NCBI GenBank assembly: GCA_022813965.1 | Contig: JALDZS010000002.1 | Span: 124,001 to 188,000, forward strand | Length of the DNA: 64,000 nucleotides | Direction: 5' to 3' | DNA from: Toensbergia leucococca | Lineage: Eukaryota | In this document: positions 12,616 to 26,192 of the stretch, piece after piece | Position numbering within the stretch: the stretch's first letter is position 1 | Layout of the letters: each line of letters begins with the position of its first letter | The notes under the pieces: generated by a model | What the model saw: the letters and a program-made list of their open reading frames with translations, nothing else | The model's database searches: none | Told to the model about the DNA's origin: nothing | Program-made: the position numbers and the translations under genes

Positions 12616-13839
12616 ATGTACGGCGAAGATTCATCCGGGCGGAAGGTCTCGCTACTCTGTGACGAACCTTCTACCAACAACACACATTCTCCGCCACATT
12701 TTGTACTACATTCGAGCCATCATCCTAGACCAGGTCATTCCACGTCTACGCCAAAAAAGTCGTCCAGCCCATCGCAATACGAGATTAAGTCGTCGCCAGT
12801 CATTTCAACGGAGACGCCACAACTCGTTCGCGTAGGTTCAGTGTCCTCGCAGGGGTCTCCGGCAACACCATCTCCAATGACACCAACTTATCATTTCGAC
12901 CCTTTTGAGCAAGTCAAAAACGCAACCGCTTACGATCCTTACTTTCGCACGAATAGATCGACTTATCCGACCATACCTCAGACTCAGGACCCGCAGCAGC
13001 CGTACTTCCATTACCCATCCAACAATGACGCGCACATGGAAGAACTCTATTCTGAGTCAAACAAACACCCTTCTCAGTCAGAGTTCACATACAATCATTC
13101 AGAACCAACCACTCCACTGTCAACTCAATCTAATATTCCTGCCCCAGTAATCGCCCCCCCAAACCCGAACCCAGCCTCGAACTCCACTGCCCATAACGCC
13201 ACAACTTCGAAGACCATCAAAAAGAAGTACCCATGTCCTCATGCGGTGCGCCATTCATGTACCGATACCTTTACCACCTCAGGTCACGCCGCACGTCACG
13301 GCAAGAAACACACTGGTGAGAAGAATATTCGCTGTCCCACCTGCAACAAAGCCTTTACCCGGAAGGATAATATGAAGCAACATGAACGCACCCATAAAGG
13401 TAGCACCGCTCCTGCAACGACAACAAACGCACCCATAGTTCCCCAGTCTTCCGAGTCGCAAGAATCTCACCCAATCTCCACCCGCAACCGACGACCCAGA
13501 GCAGCTCGGTCACACTCCTCAAGTGAGCCTCCCAATCTCGATACAAATCCCAGCGACATGGATATCGACGTCGTGCCGCTTAATCCCGATTTTCCTGAGG
13601 AACTAAGGCGCGATACCAACGGACGCGCAGTTCGCCGTGCGGCAGGTCTTACAGATAAATCCCGGTCGATAAATCAGTCAAACATGAGTATTGAGACAGC
13701 AACCTGTCCCAAGTCCAATCTTGGCGAGATGACCCAGAGTACAAGCGGGCGGAGCGAGGAAGATGGTGAAGGGGAAAGCCCCGGATTGGATGCCTTGGCT
13801 TTCGCAGCCACGATGGACGGAGGACCATTGCGAGCATAA
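12616..13839 (+). CDS. C2H2 zinc-finger transcription factor, Nrg1-like fingers
   Basis: 407-aa ORF with two fingers CPHAVRHSCTDTFTTSGHAARHGKKH-TGEK-CPTCNKAFTRKDNMKQHERTH. The FTTSGHxARH signature resembles Nrg1. C-terminal GLDALAFAA. Confidence 0.88.
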   Translation: MYGEDSSGRKVSLLCDEPSTNNTHSPPHFVLHSSHHPRPGHSTSTPKKSSSPSQYEIKSSPVISTETPQLVRVGSVSSQGSPATPSPMTPTYHFDPFEQVKNATAYDPYFRTNRSTYPTIPQTQDPQQPYFHYPSNNDAHMEELYSESNKHPSQSEFTYNHSEPTTPLSTQSNIPAPVIAPPNPNPASNSTAHNATTSKTIKKKYPCPHAVRHSCTDTFTTSGHAARHGKKHTGEKNIRCPTCNKAFTRKDNMKQHERTHKGSTAPATTTNAPIVPQSSESQESHPISTRNRRPRAARSHSSSEPPNLDTNPSDMDIDVVPLNPDFPEELRRDTNGRAVRRAAGLTDKSRSINQSNMSIETATCPKSNLGEMTQSTSGRSEEDGEGESPGLDALAFAATMDGGPLRA

Positions 13840-15640
13840 CGCCAGATCTTGGATTGTGTCTCTACTGCGTACAGAGGCTTTTTCGCTCTCCGGTGCTTGT
13901 CTCGGATTTACGGGGGTTTTCGGGGTGGATCACTAGGAGTCTAGATGCGGATATGACAAAACGCAACAGGCTACGTTTTGGAGCTGGGATGGGGAACACA
14001 TTTGTATAGAAAATACCCGTGCTCTGCGTACATCTTCTATAACGGGGGGTTTGAAAGTCGATATCCTGGGGCGTATCCTCGATGTCTCATTACTTTTTCT
14101 TTTCTTGACTGCATTGGGGTGGTGGCGTTTTCTTCCTACGGTGCATTGACTTGGATTCGGAACCAGATTAGAAGGGTGCATGGCAGTGGATAGTGGAGGA
14201 TGATATGGATGCATACGATGATAGAGATGAGGTTGCGTTGTTCATTAGAATGAGGGATGGAATTTGTGGATAGGCACTTTCCCATGTTCTGCGGCTGGGA
14301 GGATTGCCTCTAGGGGAGAATCGATATGCAATGTCTTGATTGAAACACTCGAGCAAACATGAGGAACTAGATATTCCTACATTCTCATTTCAGTATTCCT
14401 ATACTTCGTCTTTATCACCGTACACAATTCCCATGAGCCCATCCTGTTCAGGCAATGATGAGGCTCCGGGCGCACCTCCCTCATCCGTTCCATCATCCAT
14501 ATCATTCTCCCATCCATCACGATTCTTACCTCTCCCCCAGAATGGAGACAGAGCTGCACACCGTTTTTGACGCAACTCAATGCCTAGGATCCAGGGGGGG
14601 GAAGTTATGCTACCATCACGCTTTTGAAGCAAGAAGTTTAGGAACTCTGACCTTATCATTGAGGCTTATCTACGCTGGAATTTTGAATGAGTGAGGCGAG
14701 CTATTCGAGCTGAGCGGGGTGGGTGTGGGTGTGGGTGGGATTGAGAGTGAGGAGGGGATGGGGGAAGGATGGATGGGCGAGGGGTGGAGGAGGAAGGTGG
14801 AGTGGTGGAGTGGCTCCGGGCTTTTGGATTGGAGGCGGTTTTTTCTTTGGGGGTTGGTAGATTTGAGGTGGAGAGATGGAGTTGGAGTGTGGTGCATATT
14901 CATCATGTTTTTTATTGTGTGTTACTGCTTTCTGAATGGGAGGCGAGTTGTGAGGTTAAGGAGGTGGTGGTGGTGGAGGATTGAGTCTAAATGCTGTGCA
15001 GAATCGAGCTGGTTCTTGATGCAAGAGTGCGCCTTGGCTTCTTTATTGTTCTTTTTTGATGCTTTGTGAAGGGGGGTGGTAGAATCAGCAGCGAGGGATG
15101 TTTGATTATTTAAAATGGGGTGGAGTTTCAAGATCAAGCGTTGATGAATAGCTTGATAGGTCAGATATGGGAATCTTTGATGTGTGGACTGGGGACAGGG
15201 ATCTATCTTTTGACTTGGGACCTGATTGAAATGTTACATGTAACTCATGCGGTTCCGTGAGGTGCCATAGAATGGTTGGCTATGATACCAACGGGCTAGT
15301 TTTTGGATAAAGAGAAGACCTTGAAAACTCCCCAGTTTGATTGACCCACGACGATTCCAATTATACGAAGTAACAACGACAGTACGGATAGTAAAGTGGC
15401 CTTTGGTAACAACAGAAGGTTTTGTAAACAGAGAAATTTCTGGTGGACTCGAGTTGTTTTTAGTTCTTTGCATTTGTGCGTGGTTGGGGCTCATTCACTC
15501 CTCGTGGAGAAACCGAAGGGACCCACTCGTTTTCAGTGGAGTAGAAGCCTCTTTTATTTTTCTAACTGTCATCGCTTTGCTCGTGGGCTCGACCCATCAT
15601 CAACCGTCCCACGTAGCTCGATGTGAGTGAGACACATGGT

Positions 15641-17027
15641 CTAGCATGCACTTTCCAAGATAAATTTGCTTGAGCTCAAGACCACTGCTACAGACGCTGC
15701 TAAATATAATCGTTCAAATTCCAAATCAACAGGACTCTGGGCTAATTCCGTGCCTGTTACTTTCTGTGTGAGCGTGTTGGGGCCATTGCGAAAGAAGAAA
15801 TTTTCTACTTTAATTAGGCTGATCTTCATTGTATAGATTTGGTCATCGGAATCGCAAACGCTCTCTAGCGAAAAGACGATCACGCTTTTAAGTGCCAGGA
15901 GATTGCGTAGTTGCTCGGCGACCACCTCCCAAAAGCCGTCGTGAAGAAGGTGGTTTTCGATGGTGAGGTGTTGAATCCCGCGCGAGTCCTCTAGGAATGA
16001 GGCAATCTCCTTGTTTGTCGAGTTGAAGCCATTCAAGGAAAGAGATTTGGGCTTTGGAAACTTGCATGCACCGAGAATGGCTTGGAACGGCAGTTGCGGG
16101 AAACCCTCGCTGCGATTGCAACACATGTCAGAGGTTATATTGAGGGAAAGAACCTGAAGATTGTGGGCTGCAGACATGGCAGTACTGAGCTTGCGTTCAA
16201 TCCTGGAGTCGTCCATGTCTCTATCCACAATTTCATCAGGTTCGAGGCTGACGTCTATGCGGAAGACAAAGTTGAGACAAGTCAAATGCTTCATCAATGT
16301 ATGGAAATGGTTGAATTCCGGAGTTGGCATATCAAACGTTTCAATGAACATCCGCGCTCCCTCCGTCTGGACAGTCTCAATAGAGAAATCGTTAATAAAG
16401 AGACCTGACAGGCCTATGGCCCGAACTAGGTTCCACAGAGGTTTGTTTTGATCGGTCAAATCACCGTCCAGGTCTGAGAGAGGATGTCTAAGTGTCTTGG
16501 AATGTATAGTGTCTCGTAGGTTGCAGTCATCACCGAAACACCGCTCGTCTCAATCTTGCAAGCCTCCCTTGATCGCGTGTTTGTACCAATAATCGGTAAG
16601 CACTACTTTTCGGAGGTTGACCATGCTGTTGCATGCTGAGAGAAGATGCCCAAAGTCTTCCCCAGTCTTCCTAATTTCCAGATGTTCCTCAGCCAATCGT
16701 TCCCATTGCGGAAAATCATCTCTGTCGTGGATCGACCGGTACATCCAATCTCCGGGACGCTTGTCTTTGTCGCATGGGTAGTACACGCTAGAGTATATTA
16801 ATTTCTTGACGTACGGTGCAAAGTTCTGGCCAACGAGCTCGGCAATCTCGAGATCTGCTTTGTGTGCGGAGATGAAAACTTCATCAAAGAGAGATCGGAC
16901 AGCCAATCGGCTGAAGGCCCTGCAGACTTGACGCAGCGTCTTCAGGCCCTTTTTAAAAATGTATTTACAGGCCGTTTCCATCTGCTGGCATGGCAGAGAT
17001 TGGAGAGAATATTTCCATGGTGGTCAT
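15641..17027 (-). pseudogene. Disrupted F-box-like / leucine-rich hypothetical gene
   Basis: ORFs 16550-16981 and 15641-16459 are in the same frame, separated only by TGA at 16550-16552 plus 30 sense codons. The F-box-like start (ISAMPA / METACKYI..LKTLRQVCRAFSRLA..LF) needs a frameshift near 16982. Confidence 0.65.
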
Positions 17028-17694
17028 ATCTCGAATCTTGAACAGGGGGTATTGGGAATGAAATTATCAAAAGACTTGAACGTGATAAGAATAACCAGAG
17101 AGAGGGGATATTTCCTTACATCATAGAGGAAAAGCGTTTATATATTGCCTGAATTATGGAGCTCTCCATTGGAGATCTTTGAAAAAGATTTGAAAGAGCC
17201 ATGACGGATGAGTGGACAACAAACAACATATATATTGTCACAAGAAAATCGTTTTTCATCCTTCATTTCTGAGTTAGTCCAAGTCAAGTTCACAGTTAGT
17301 TCAGAGGGTGAAACTGCAAGGATCTAATTCATTTCGCTTAAATTACAATAAATACACCTAGAATACGGAGTAGAGTACGGAACAGGTACCGTACACAAAA
17401 CTAGTGTGTCTTCATTCTCGACTTCCACCTTGAAAACTGGAAGGACAACTTCACACTTAATTTTGTAGTGCCATTCGTGGTTCCAGAAGCTCCTCTATCT
17501 CCAATCTCATTTCTTGAGAACGAGGCTAAAATCACTACTGACGTGCCCAGATTTGTCTTCCAAGCCCACTTTGCAACTAGACCTTAAACTGTCCAAGAGT
17601 TGGAGAGTGTACCTTCACCAGCCAAGGTATACTGGGCAACTCCTTGAACGATCAAAGGGCTTAGGACGTTTTGAATCTGGGCACATACACAAAC

Positions 17695-19791
17695 ATGGAG
17701 GCATCACGAGGCCCTCCTAGGGTTAAAAATAAAGGGGCAGCGCCGCAGCAAATATCTGCTGAGCAACTTCTCCGCGAAGCAGTGGATCGACAAGAGCCTG
17801 GACTCCAGGCTCCCACACAGCGTTTTGCTGATCTCGAGGAACTTCATGAATTTCAAGGGAGGAAGAGGAAGGAGTTTGAGGACTATGTCCGGAGGAATCG
17901 GATTAATATGAATAACTGGATGCGGTATGCTCAGTGGGAATTGGAACAGAAGGAATTCCGAAGAGCGAGATCCATCTTCGAAAGAGCTCTAGATGTAGAT
18001 TCGACTTCCGTTGTCTTATGGATTCGCTACATCGAAGCGGAGATGAAAACGCGAAACATCAACCATGCTCGAAATCTACTTGATAGATCTGTTACAATTC
18101 TACCGCGAGTGGATAAGCTTTGGTATAAATATGTCTACATGGAAGAAACGCTTGGAAACATACCGGGTACCCGCCAAGTCTTTGAGCGATGGATGTCTTG
18201 GGAGCCAGATGAGGCGGCATGGAGCGCGTACATTAAGCTTGAAAAGAGATATGGCGAGTTTTCTAGAGCCAGAGCTATCTTTGAGAGATTCACTGTTGTC
18301 CACCCTGAGCCTCGAAATTGGATTAAATGGGCCAGATTCGAAGAGGAGAACGGGACGAGTGATCTGGTACGGGAGGTCTTTGGTATGGCTATCGAGACGC
18401 TAGGCGACAACTTTATGGACGAACGTCTGTTCATTGCGTACGCACGGTATGAGGCCAAATTGAAGGAATACGAGCGTGCCAGAGCTGTCTTCAAGTACGC
18501 ACTCGATCGGCTGCCAAGATCCAAGGCTATGACACTGCATAAATCCTATACTACCTTCGAGAAGCAATTTGGTGATCGCGAGGGTGTAGAGGATGTTATT
18601 CTATCAAAACGAAGGGTCCAGTACGAGGAGCAGGTCAAGGAGAATCCAAAGAATTACGATGTCTGGTTTGATTATGCACGGCTTGAGGAGACTTCTGAAG
18701 ATGTAGACCGGGTAAGAGATGTTTACGAGAGAGCCATTGCTCAGATTCCGCCGACGCAGGAAAAGCGGCATTGGCGTAGATACATCTATCTATGGGTTTT
18801 CTATGCACTGTGGGAAGAAGTAGACAACAAGGATGTAGAGCGCGCACGACAGATTTATCAAGAATGCCTCAAACTCATACCGCACAAGAAGTTCACTTTT
18901 GCCAAGATTTGGATCATGAAGGCGCAGTTTGAAGTGCGGCAAATGCAATTACAGTCGGCAAGAAAGACGCTAGGTCAAGCTATTGGGATGTGCCCCAAAG
19001 ACAAGTTGTTCAAAGGCTATATTGAGCTGGAGCACAAGCTCTTCGAATTCGTTAGATGCCGAACGTTGTACGAGAAGCATATCGAGTGGAACCCTGCGAA
19101 TTGCCAGGCCTGGATTAAGTTTGCCGAGCTTGAAAGAGGTCTGATTGATCTGGACCGTACAAGGGCAATCTTCGAATTAGCTGTCCAGCAACCAGTGCTG
19201 GACATGCCTGAACTATTGTGGAAGGCCTATATTGATTTCGAAGAGGAAGAAGGCCAGTACGATCGGACGAGGGATCTCTATGAGCGTCTTCTAGACAAGA
19301 CAGATCATGTCAAGGTCTGGATTAGCTATGCGCATTTCGAGATCAATATACCCGACGAAGATGAGGACGTGGAGGAAGAAGACGACGAGCAGGAGGATAA
19401 GCCAGTAAGCGAGGAGGCCAAAGGGCGCGCACGCAAGGTATTTGAGAGAGGCTACAAGAGTATGAAAGAGAAAGAACTGAAGGAAGAGGTATGTTTTCTA
19501 TTAAGTCTTTCGGGTACGTCCATTGTTTTGCTAACCATCATACAGAGAGTTGCTCTCCTCAACGCTTGGAAGTCCTTCGAGACCACGCACGGTTCAGCTG
19601 AAGACATTGAAAAGGTCGAGAAACAAATGCCGCGAAAAGTCAAGAAGAGAAGAAAGCTGGACGACAACAGTTTCGAAGAGTACATGGACTACGTCTTCCC
19701 TGCGGACGACGAGTCTGCGGCCAAGATATCGAAATTGCTGCAAATGGCTCATCAATGGAAACAGACTCAGGGCGAGAATGGGATTTCATAG
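17695..19791 (+). CDS. CLF1: Pre-mRNA splicing factor Clf1/Syf3 (crooked-neck, HAT repeats), 2 exons
   Basis: [29 protein letters not shown], multiple HAT repeats ([20 protein letters not shown]), C-terminal [12 protein letters not shown]. Intron 19489-19545 (GTATGT...GCTAAC...CAG). Confidence 0.97.
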   Translation: MEASRGPPRVKNKGAAPQQISAEQLLREAVDRQEPGLQAPTQRFADLEELHEFQGRKRKEFEDYVRRNRINMNNWMRYAQWELEQKEFRRARSIFERALDVDSTSVVLWIRYIEAEMKTRNINHARNLLDRSVTILPRVDKLWYKYVYMEETLGNIPGTRQVFERWMSWEPDEAAWSAYIKLEKRYGEFSRARAIFERFTVVHPEPRNWIKWARFEEENGTSDLVREVFGMAIETLGDNFMDERLFIAYARYEAKLKEYERARAVFKYALDRLPRSKAMTLHKSYTTFEKQFGDREGVEDVILSKRRVQYEEQVKENPKNYDVWFDYARLEETSEDVDRVRDVYERAIAQIPPTQEKRHWRRYIYLWVFYALWEEVDNKDVERARQIYQECLKLIPHKKFTFAKIWIMKAQFEVRQMQLQSARKTLGQAIGMCPKDKLFKGYIELEHKLFEFVRCRTLYEKHIEWNPANCQAWIKFAELERGLIDLDRTRAIFELAVQQPVLDMPELLWKAYIDFEEEEGQYDRTRDLYERLLDKTDHVKVWISYAHFEINIPDEDEDVEEEDDEQEDKPVSEEAKGRARKVFERGYKSMKEKELKEEVCFLLSLSGTSIVLLTIIQRVALLNAWKSFETTHGSAEDIEKVEKQMPRKVKKRRKLDDNSFEEYMDYVFPADDESAAKISKLLQMAHQWKQTQGENGIS

Positions 19792-21689
19792 GGGTAAATT
19801 CAACGGTGGGTCATGTGCATAATTAAGGGCTCCAAGCATGGGAACATCAAGTCCAGGGGCCCACCACTCTGGGTGACGCGGGCTGTCTGGTACTCGTCAA
19901 CAACTGTTTGATAAAGCATCACACAGTGTGAGCAATAGCGGTAATTCAACTCAAGAAATACGGATGATCTTGGGCGTATTGTACTACCTTGGATTGGCAT
20001 GGAACTACTCGCACAACGTTATCAATTTCAATATTCCCCCGATGGCCAGCCACGCGTTACAATGCATCACAGTAACATGTCGGGTAGCGGCTATCAGGGA
20101 ATTCGCGATCTCGAATTCCGTCGGTGAGCATGACGCAGGGTGTACGTTTGCTGACCAGCAGTCAGATATATTGCGTCATGTATCCCGACAAAGCAGACCA
20201 GAATTGAATGGTCGCAAGGGCCATTCATTTGCCGTATATGATGCAGTTCGTAGCCGGTGGAGCAAACAGCGTAGCCTATCCTATTGCCATGTAGGCCACT
20301 TTATCGATTCGATTATAACAAACCTTGGAGTGACTCTTTGGATGGAGCTGCATGGCAATATTCGGTATTCACTAGGGCTCGTTTTCTGTGATTGCATTGG
20401 TAAGGTAGTGACGATTACTTTTGAGAGACAACAGTAATGACACCAGAGCGATAAACTTTTTGAGGAATGTAAAACTTGATTTGCACAAACACTCGTTTTG
20501 ATAGGGTTTGCAGAATCTCAAGGTCTAAACTGAACATGTCAAATGGCCACAAAATTGACAAAAGATAATCGGGCGAATTCTCGAGGACAGATTGTATACT
20601 TCCCTTATTATGGCTTCTTTTGTATGTCGCTGCAAACAGTGAGTAACACGGACTTAGTCGACAATGATTACCGGAGATTGTGGGTACGGGGTTTGAATTT
20701 GTGCATATTCAGGGTTCAGAATGACAGCACGGGAGAGTGGAGGGTGACTCGAGCGGATTGGGAAGGATGGGAATTGTATGGATAAGATATGTTCTCGTTG
20801 TTGGTGAGGGGTAACAAGCACAAGGATATCTCTATTGCTGGAGACTGCATGGCAAATGTGCCTGATTGGGCGTCCCGAACGAAGTCAGCTGCATACTGTC
20901 TGTTCGTGTATTGAGATCTAGATCTGGACGCAGATGGCAGGTCATCCTGTCGGGAGTTGCCAATGGCCCATGACTTGAGTTCTTGGCCCGGCTGTTATCT
21001 CTACCCCATCTCGCATTCATGTCCCATTCAAGCATGACCCCACGTCTGTCGTCAGACTCCCGATGCCGTCTTTGCAATTGCCTTCACTTCGGTTTTCGCG
21101 AAATCATGAATCAGTATACAGAGAAAGACAAGACTGTGGTCAAATTGGCAATTCCTCCTGAGCATGTCTCAGCGTGGTCAGGCCAGTCATAAGGAAGACG
21201 ATCGAAGGGATGGTTGATGGACCAAGGTAACTGGACCTTGTCCCGGAGGTCTGGCCCGCTGTGATTTGCAAGGAGCAAGGCTAGCCCTTCTCCCTTGAAC
21301 GCGCAATCGCGGGTCGTGGAACATGGAGATTGAGGGGCAATTTTGGCACGTCCCCTCGGTCCCTCTCGCGCCAAACAATAATATTTAATATGTTCAAGAT
21401 TGACTTTCGCAACGGTCAAAACTCGGGGGCACCGGGTGAACCTGACAACATTGATCCAAAAAATCCCAACCAAGATCTCGCTCACGGACCTGCCGAATGG
21501 CTACTTAATCATCGCCTCCGCCGGTGTTGGAATCTTTTGTCAATGGTTCCACCACTGCCAACATAGCAATAAAGAAACACGGTTGCAAGAACCTTTACCA
21601 CTCCTGATATATCTAGCATCTAACATCTCACAAAGAACGGATACTTGCTTCTTCACAGAATTGGTCAGAGCCTAACCACATAGTGGATG

Positions 21690-22938
21690 ATGGCTACCAA
21701 CGGCGTTTTCTGTTCTATCTGCGGCTGTGGTATCTACGAGGATTTTAACATCCTAAGTAGAAAAATATCTAGGTAGGCACCCAATGAACCCCATATGCCT
21801 GATGGTGAATCTGATTGGCCTGCGTGTATAGCGAACCATCTCCTACTTTCATCTCGCCATTGGCAGATTACCACCAGCACAGAGCATTATTCGAAGGCTC
21901 AGGCAGCGGATGGCAAGTCTACGAACCCAATCTCGACTATGACACTGCCATTCCCATTCACTCAACATGCCTCCAAGTCGTCAAACAATTCATCGATCAT
22001 CGCTCAAAGAACAAAGATCGTCCTTCATCCGCTCTCCTCTCGCTGGACTCTTTCTACGAATCACTTCTGCAGCAAGCTTCTCGAAATGAAAAGGAGCTAG
22101 GTCTTCAATTGGCTGTGAATGGATTGGAATGGGATCATCAATACTACGGGGCCCGCCAATTTTGGGGTCAAGAGTTCTGGATACCTGATTTCCAGTGGCA
22201 GGTCAGTAGTCCTTGTTCGTAACAAGCTGCCCGTTTTCCGCGCTAATCGACAACCCTTGGATTCAGTGGCTCGTAGCAGACCCTATAGACATACCATCCC
22301 CAACAACCTATCTTCTTTCACGTCTCCAGCCTCAACCTGCCCGAAACCCTGCGCGCTGTTCAGTGTCGAGTTCCTCCAACTTCCTGTCCTCGGCTACATC
22401 CTCCAGTCCAGCCCAATCGACCAGACTGCATGATCTCCCAGCCGAGATCCTAGATTACATAAAATCGTACCTCTCCCCCTCCTCAACAAAGAATCTCCGC
22501 CTCTCCTGCCAAGACCTCGCCCATCGCCTTCCCCTCGACCAACTTTACTGGTACAACCAACTCACCTCCGGCGCCCTATTCGGCTATCTCTGGGATCTCG
22601 ACCCCGAACAATTGCGGCTCAAAAACCGCGAATCACCATCCTGGGACTGGGCCCATCTCGTCCGGACGCTCTCGAGAGAAGAGTCCTTCCGCAAAGGCGG
22701 AGTGCTGAACCGAGCGCCAGTGGGCCTCAAAAATCGGCGTCGCTTATGGAAAATCCTAGAGCATATTGAGTGGTTGGATGAGCATGTGCCGCTGAGTCAG
22801 GTCGAAGCGCTGTGGCCTTCTCTGGGCGCGTGGCGCAATCCGGCTGTGGAGCAGCAGTGTAAGGCGGAGAGTTGGGATGGAGGAGTGGAGCAGGGTGGGA
22901 TTCTAGAGGCTAGGCGGGATGTTGTTGCTGTTTTTTAG
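21690..22938 (+). CDS. F-box domain-containing protein, 3 exons
   Basis: Exon 1 MATNGVFCSICGCGI. Exon 2 ...IPIHSTCL...WDHQYYGARQFW. Exon 3 WLVADP...LHDLPAEILDYIKSYL (F-box)...GLKNRRRLW. Donors GTAGGC (~21773) and GTCAGT (~22202). Confidence 0.78.
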
Positions 22939-23614
22939 AGTGTTGGAGATTGGGGTGGCTGGGTTTGGCTATCTGTAGTGAACTTGGGGGGTCTGATTAG
23001 GGGGAAATGGGTGATGGTACCGGCGTGTTTTGAGGTTGATGATCCCGAATTGTTTTTCGTACTCACAGGTGCTAGGTGGGTGGAACATACGGGCGTTCAA
23101 TTGGTGCTTGGGGCATGCATGGTCATGATGGTTGCATGGTACTGGACTTTCTGGTTTTTGGAACTGAGAGGAGAGGTCTGATGAGTATGAATCAACGAGT
23201 ATAATGCAACACACGTATAAATCTGGCATAATAAGATATGGTCATGTAATTCTCATCTTTGCTTGAGGAATACGAGAACTTCCTTTTCTTTCTTCTCACC
23301 CCCTTTTCTCCCTCGTCACCTATCTTGTCAAGCCTTTTGAATTTTGCTGGGTTTTTTTTTGGTTGATGAAGGAGATGATGACTTTCCTTGTTATCAGTCG
23401 ATGGGAGTTTGTGAGGTTGATGAGAGGAGGGGGATGAGGTTGAAGTGAGGAGGTGGGAAGGGAGGGGAGGAATAAAGGGGAGGGAGGGAGGTGATTTAAA
23501 CTGTTGGTTTTTTTAGAAGGAGGATTTGAGGGGATTTGTGAGGGTTTGGTGATGAGGGATTGAAGTAATTGAGAGCACGTGTGAATTTAGTTGAAAAGAG
23601 AGAGAGGTGTTGAT

Positions 23615-23634
23615 AGAGAGAGAGAGAGAGAGAG
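23615..23634. repeat. (AG)10 microsatellite
   Basis: Read directly from the sequence. Confidence 0.9.
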
Positions 23635-25286
23635 TTCAAAGGTGAAGGTTTTTTGACGCTTTTCTTTTGCGATTTTACTTTTTGAAAAGGGGCGGTTAGG
23701 ATGACCCTCATTTTTAGGGGGTTAGGTCAGAAGACAGGTAGAATGATTTTGAAAGGTTTACAATCAGTGTCTATCAATGCCTTCACAGTGAACGCTAATT
23801 AAATAAGTTAAAATTGTGTAGGTATTCTGAGCTCCTCATATATGGCCTCACGGTGAGTTGTTCACACTGTAAGCGTTGTCTGACTTCAACATTAAGATCT
23901 CATTGATTTTTTCTTCGGTGAAACATTCATATCAATCAACACTTTCCTGTACACTTCAAAACGCCATCTCCAAAGTAGCTTAGTTGCGGTCACAGCCCTG
24001 AGGTTGAATACAAAGGTGAGCACTGAGTATGTAAAGTCAAAAAGCCGTGCTCCGAGCCTCGGGCAAGATGCCTCACCTGACTGATAGCCAATGCATGCAT
24101 TGTTCTCGTTTCAGTGCTTGTCCGACTTCAAAACCCGGCACTCGAACGCTGAAAAGAACAAGTGGAAATACGGAAACTAGAAAAAGAAAGCTCCGACAAG
24201 AAGCCGCGACGTGGTAGCCAGCTCCCGACGGTGAGCCGCGGTGAGGTGCTTTTTGTAGATGTTGTCCGACTTCAATATTAATCATATGTCATCACTCCTC
24301 TTCCCAAAATCTGGAACGAAAAGGTCCCACAAAGCGGGGGCGCGGTTCTCATTGGCGTTACTATTCCGAGACTATTAAACTATCAGTTTGCGATTCTGGG
24401 CGGAGTTGTGTTGGTTGTGGCACAAAGGGGGGATTGTGTTTTGGAAATGTTGACGTGGCCCTAGTTTCCGATAGTCATGTTCCAGAAGTCGTCTTCAGAC
24501 TTCCTTACAATAGGTCATCGGTTGATTCAATGACTTGGAGTATCGGAAAGAAAAGTGAGACTTGAGGTTTGGGGGTCCATTTAGGAGAAGGTTTGTTGCC
24601 CTAGAAGTATTCTAAAATGTGTCTCGGTGTGATCGAGGGCGCACGCGAGCTCGGTAGTCGGCGCCTTTTCCACATGGCGCAGGGTTAGACCTGGTCACTT
24701 CATGCACCTCTGAGGGGAGTCACGTAAACAAGGCCCGGCATGGATTAGCGCTCTAATCCCACGCATCACTAGTTCTACGGAGTAAAATCCCTTTTCTTCA
24801 GCTATTGCCGCCAGCGAGGTCATAGTGCCATGATATTTAACTCGACGGCTCAGCGCGTATGAAGATGAAGGATGACCGGTCACATTGCTCATCTTTCACA
24901 GCCTCAGATCGATCGGGGCATGGGATCTTGATCACCCGATGGTCAAAGTCCAAAAAAGAGACGGCGTTGAGTTAAGCACGTTCGTTGAAGCTGAGAGTTG
25001 GTACGGGGCTTCTTACTGTATCAGAGTATCCAGCTTCGCAACCCTTTTGGATACGGTATTTACGGCGCATTTGAGTCAAGTGTAAGTATTGCCAATGGTC
25101 TCAATGTTGATGTTGTACGAGCACCTGGTGTGGATGCCTTAGTTTTTGGTCATGTAAGGACCCGCAAATGCCGTCTGATCTGCAGGCCGACCTTGTCTTC
25201 GTCCTCGTTATGCACCCTGCAAGAGAATATTGCTCACCTGCAGGCCGAATCACCGCTTACTCCGTTGTATATCTATCGATCTATCG

Positions 25287-25305
25287 ATCAATCAATCAAT
25301 CAATC
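25287..25305. repeat. (ATCA)n microsatellite, about 4.75 copies
   Basis: Read directly from the sequence. Confidence 0.8.
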
Positions 25306-26192
25306 GATAAAGTGAAGCAGGCATGGTCTAGATGCTCGTGTGACAGACATGATTAGCTTTACTCTGGTAGATACGGAGTTAGAAGAAGTAGAGTATTCGG
25401 GAGACAATAATTCCTAACCAGACAATGTTTAAGGCTGTCGGGAATACTCTGTTTTTACCTTTTTTATTTCACGTATCCGTACCTATCTTGTAGATCCTGA
25501 TCTCATATTCCACACTCTTCCCGCTCCATGCAGTCACTACTACCTTACTCTACTCTGCTCCCTAGGTAAAGTACCTACTCCCAGCTCTTTGTTGAGTAGG
25601 GGTCCTGCCCAAGGGAGAAAGAGGCGCAATTCCCACACTTGACACCGGCCACCGACCACCCTCACTACTACACCACTACTCCTGGATCAAACATTTGCGG
25701 CAAACAAGTCGACACATTGCATTATTCTCCCCTAATTCCTAATTCCCTTGCATCTATCATCGCTGTTCCCAACCATCCTTGTCAACTTTGCCCCGCCATC
25801 AGCCACTTTTCCGTCTGCTGTCTCTCCCCCCGTCCCACGACCCGGCACGTTCTTTTGCCCTCCCACCGTGTTTCATCTCCTCCTCAAACCTTTCCCCTTT
25901 GTCAATCAATCGACCATACCACTTTCCTTCCGTCAAGTCTCCCGGGCTACTGCTACCCACACTGCTGGTGGCATGAGGATCGATAGTCATTGTGAAGAGG
26001 GAGTAGAGAGGCAAGAAAGTAAACATTCGAGGGAAAAAGAAGGGGCTTAGAGAACCACGTTGCCTATCCAGTCATCATCCAACCACTATGCGATAGAGAG
26101 ACACTGCACACCAACTACCCTCCATTGATGCGTCCTTTGCTTGTTGATTGGCATTCTAGACTGCCAATCACGCCAACTTCTCGCTGTCGAAA

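Noticed and set aside
14670..15137. Two same-frame His/Pro/Ser-rich minus-strand ORFs
   Set aside because: Explained by strong G/T strand bias suppressing stop codons. No recognisable domain.
19928..21675. Cluster of 60-170 aa ORFs downstream of CLF1
   Set aside because: No recognisable motif or consistent exon structure in any frame. It may be a relic but I cannot support a call.
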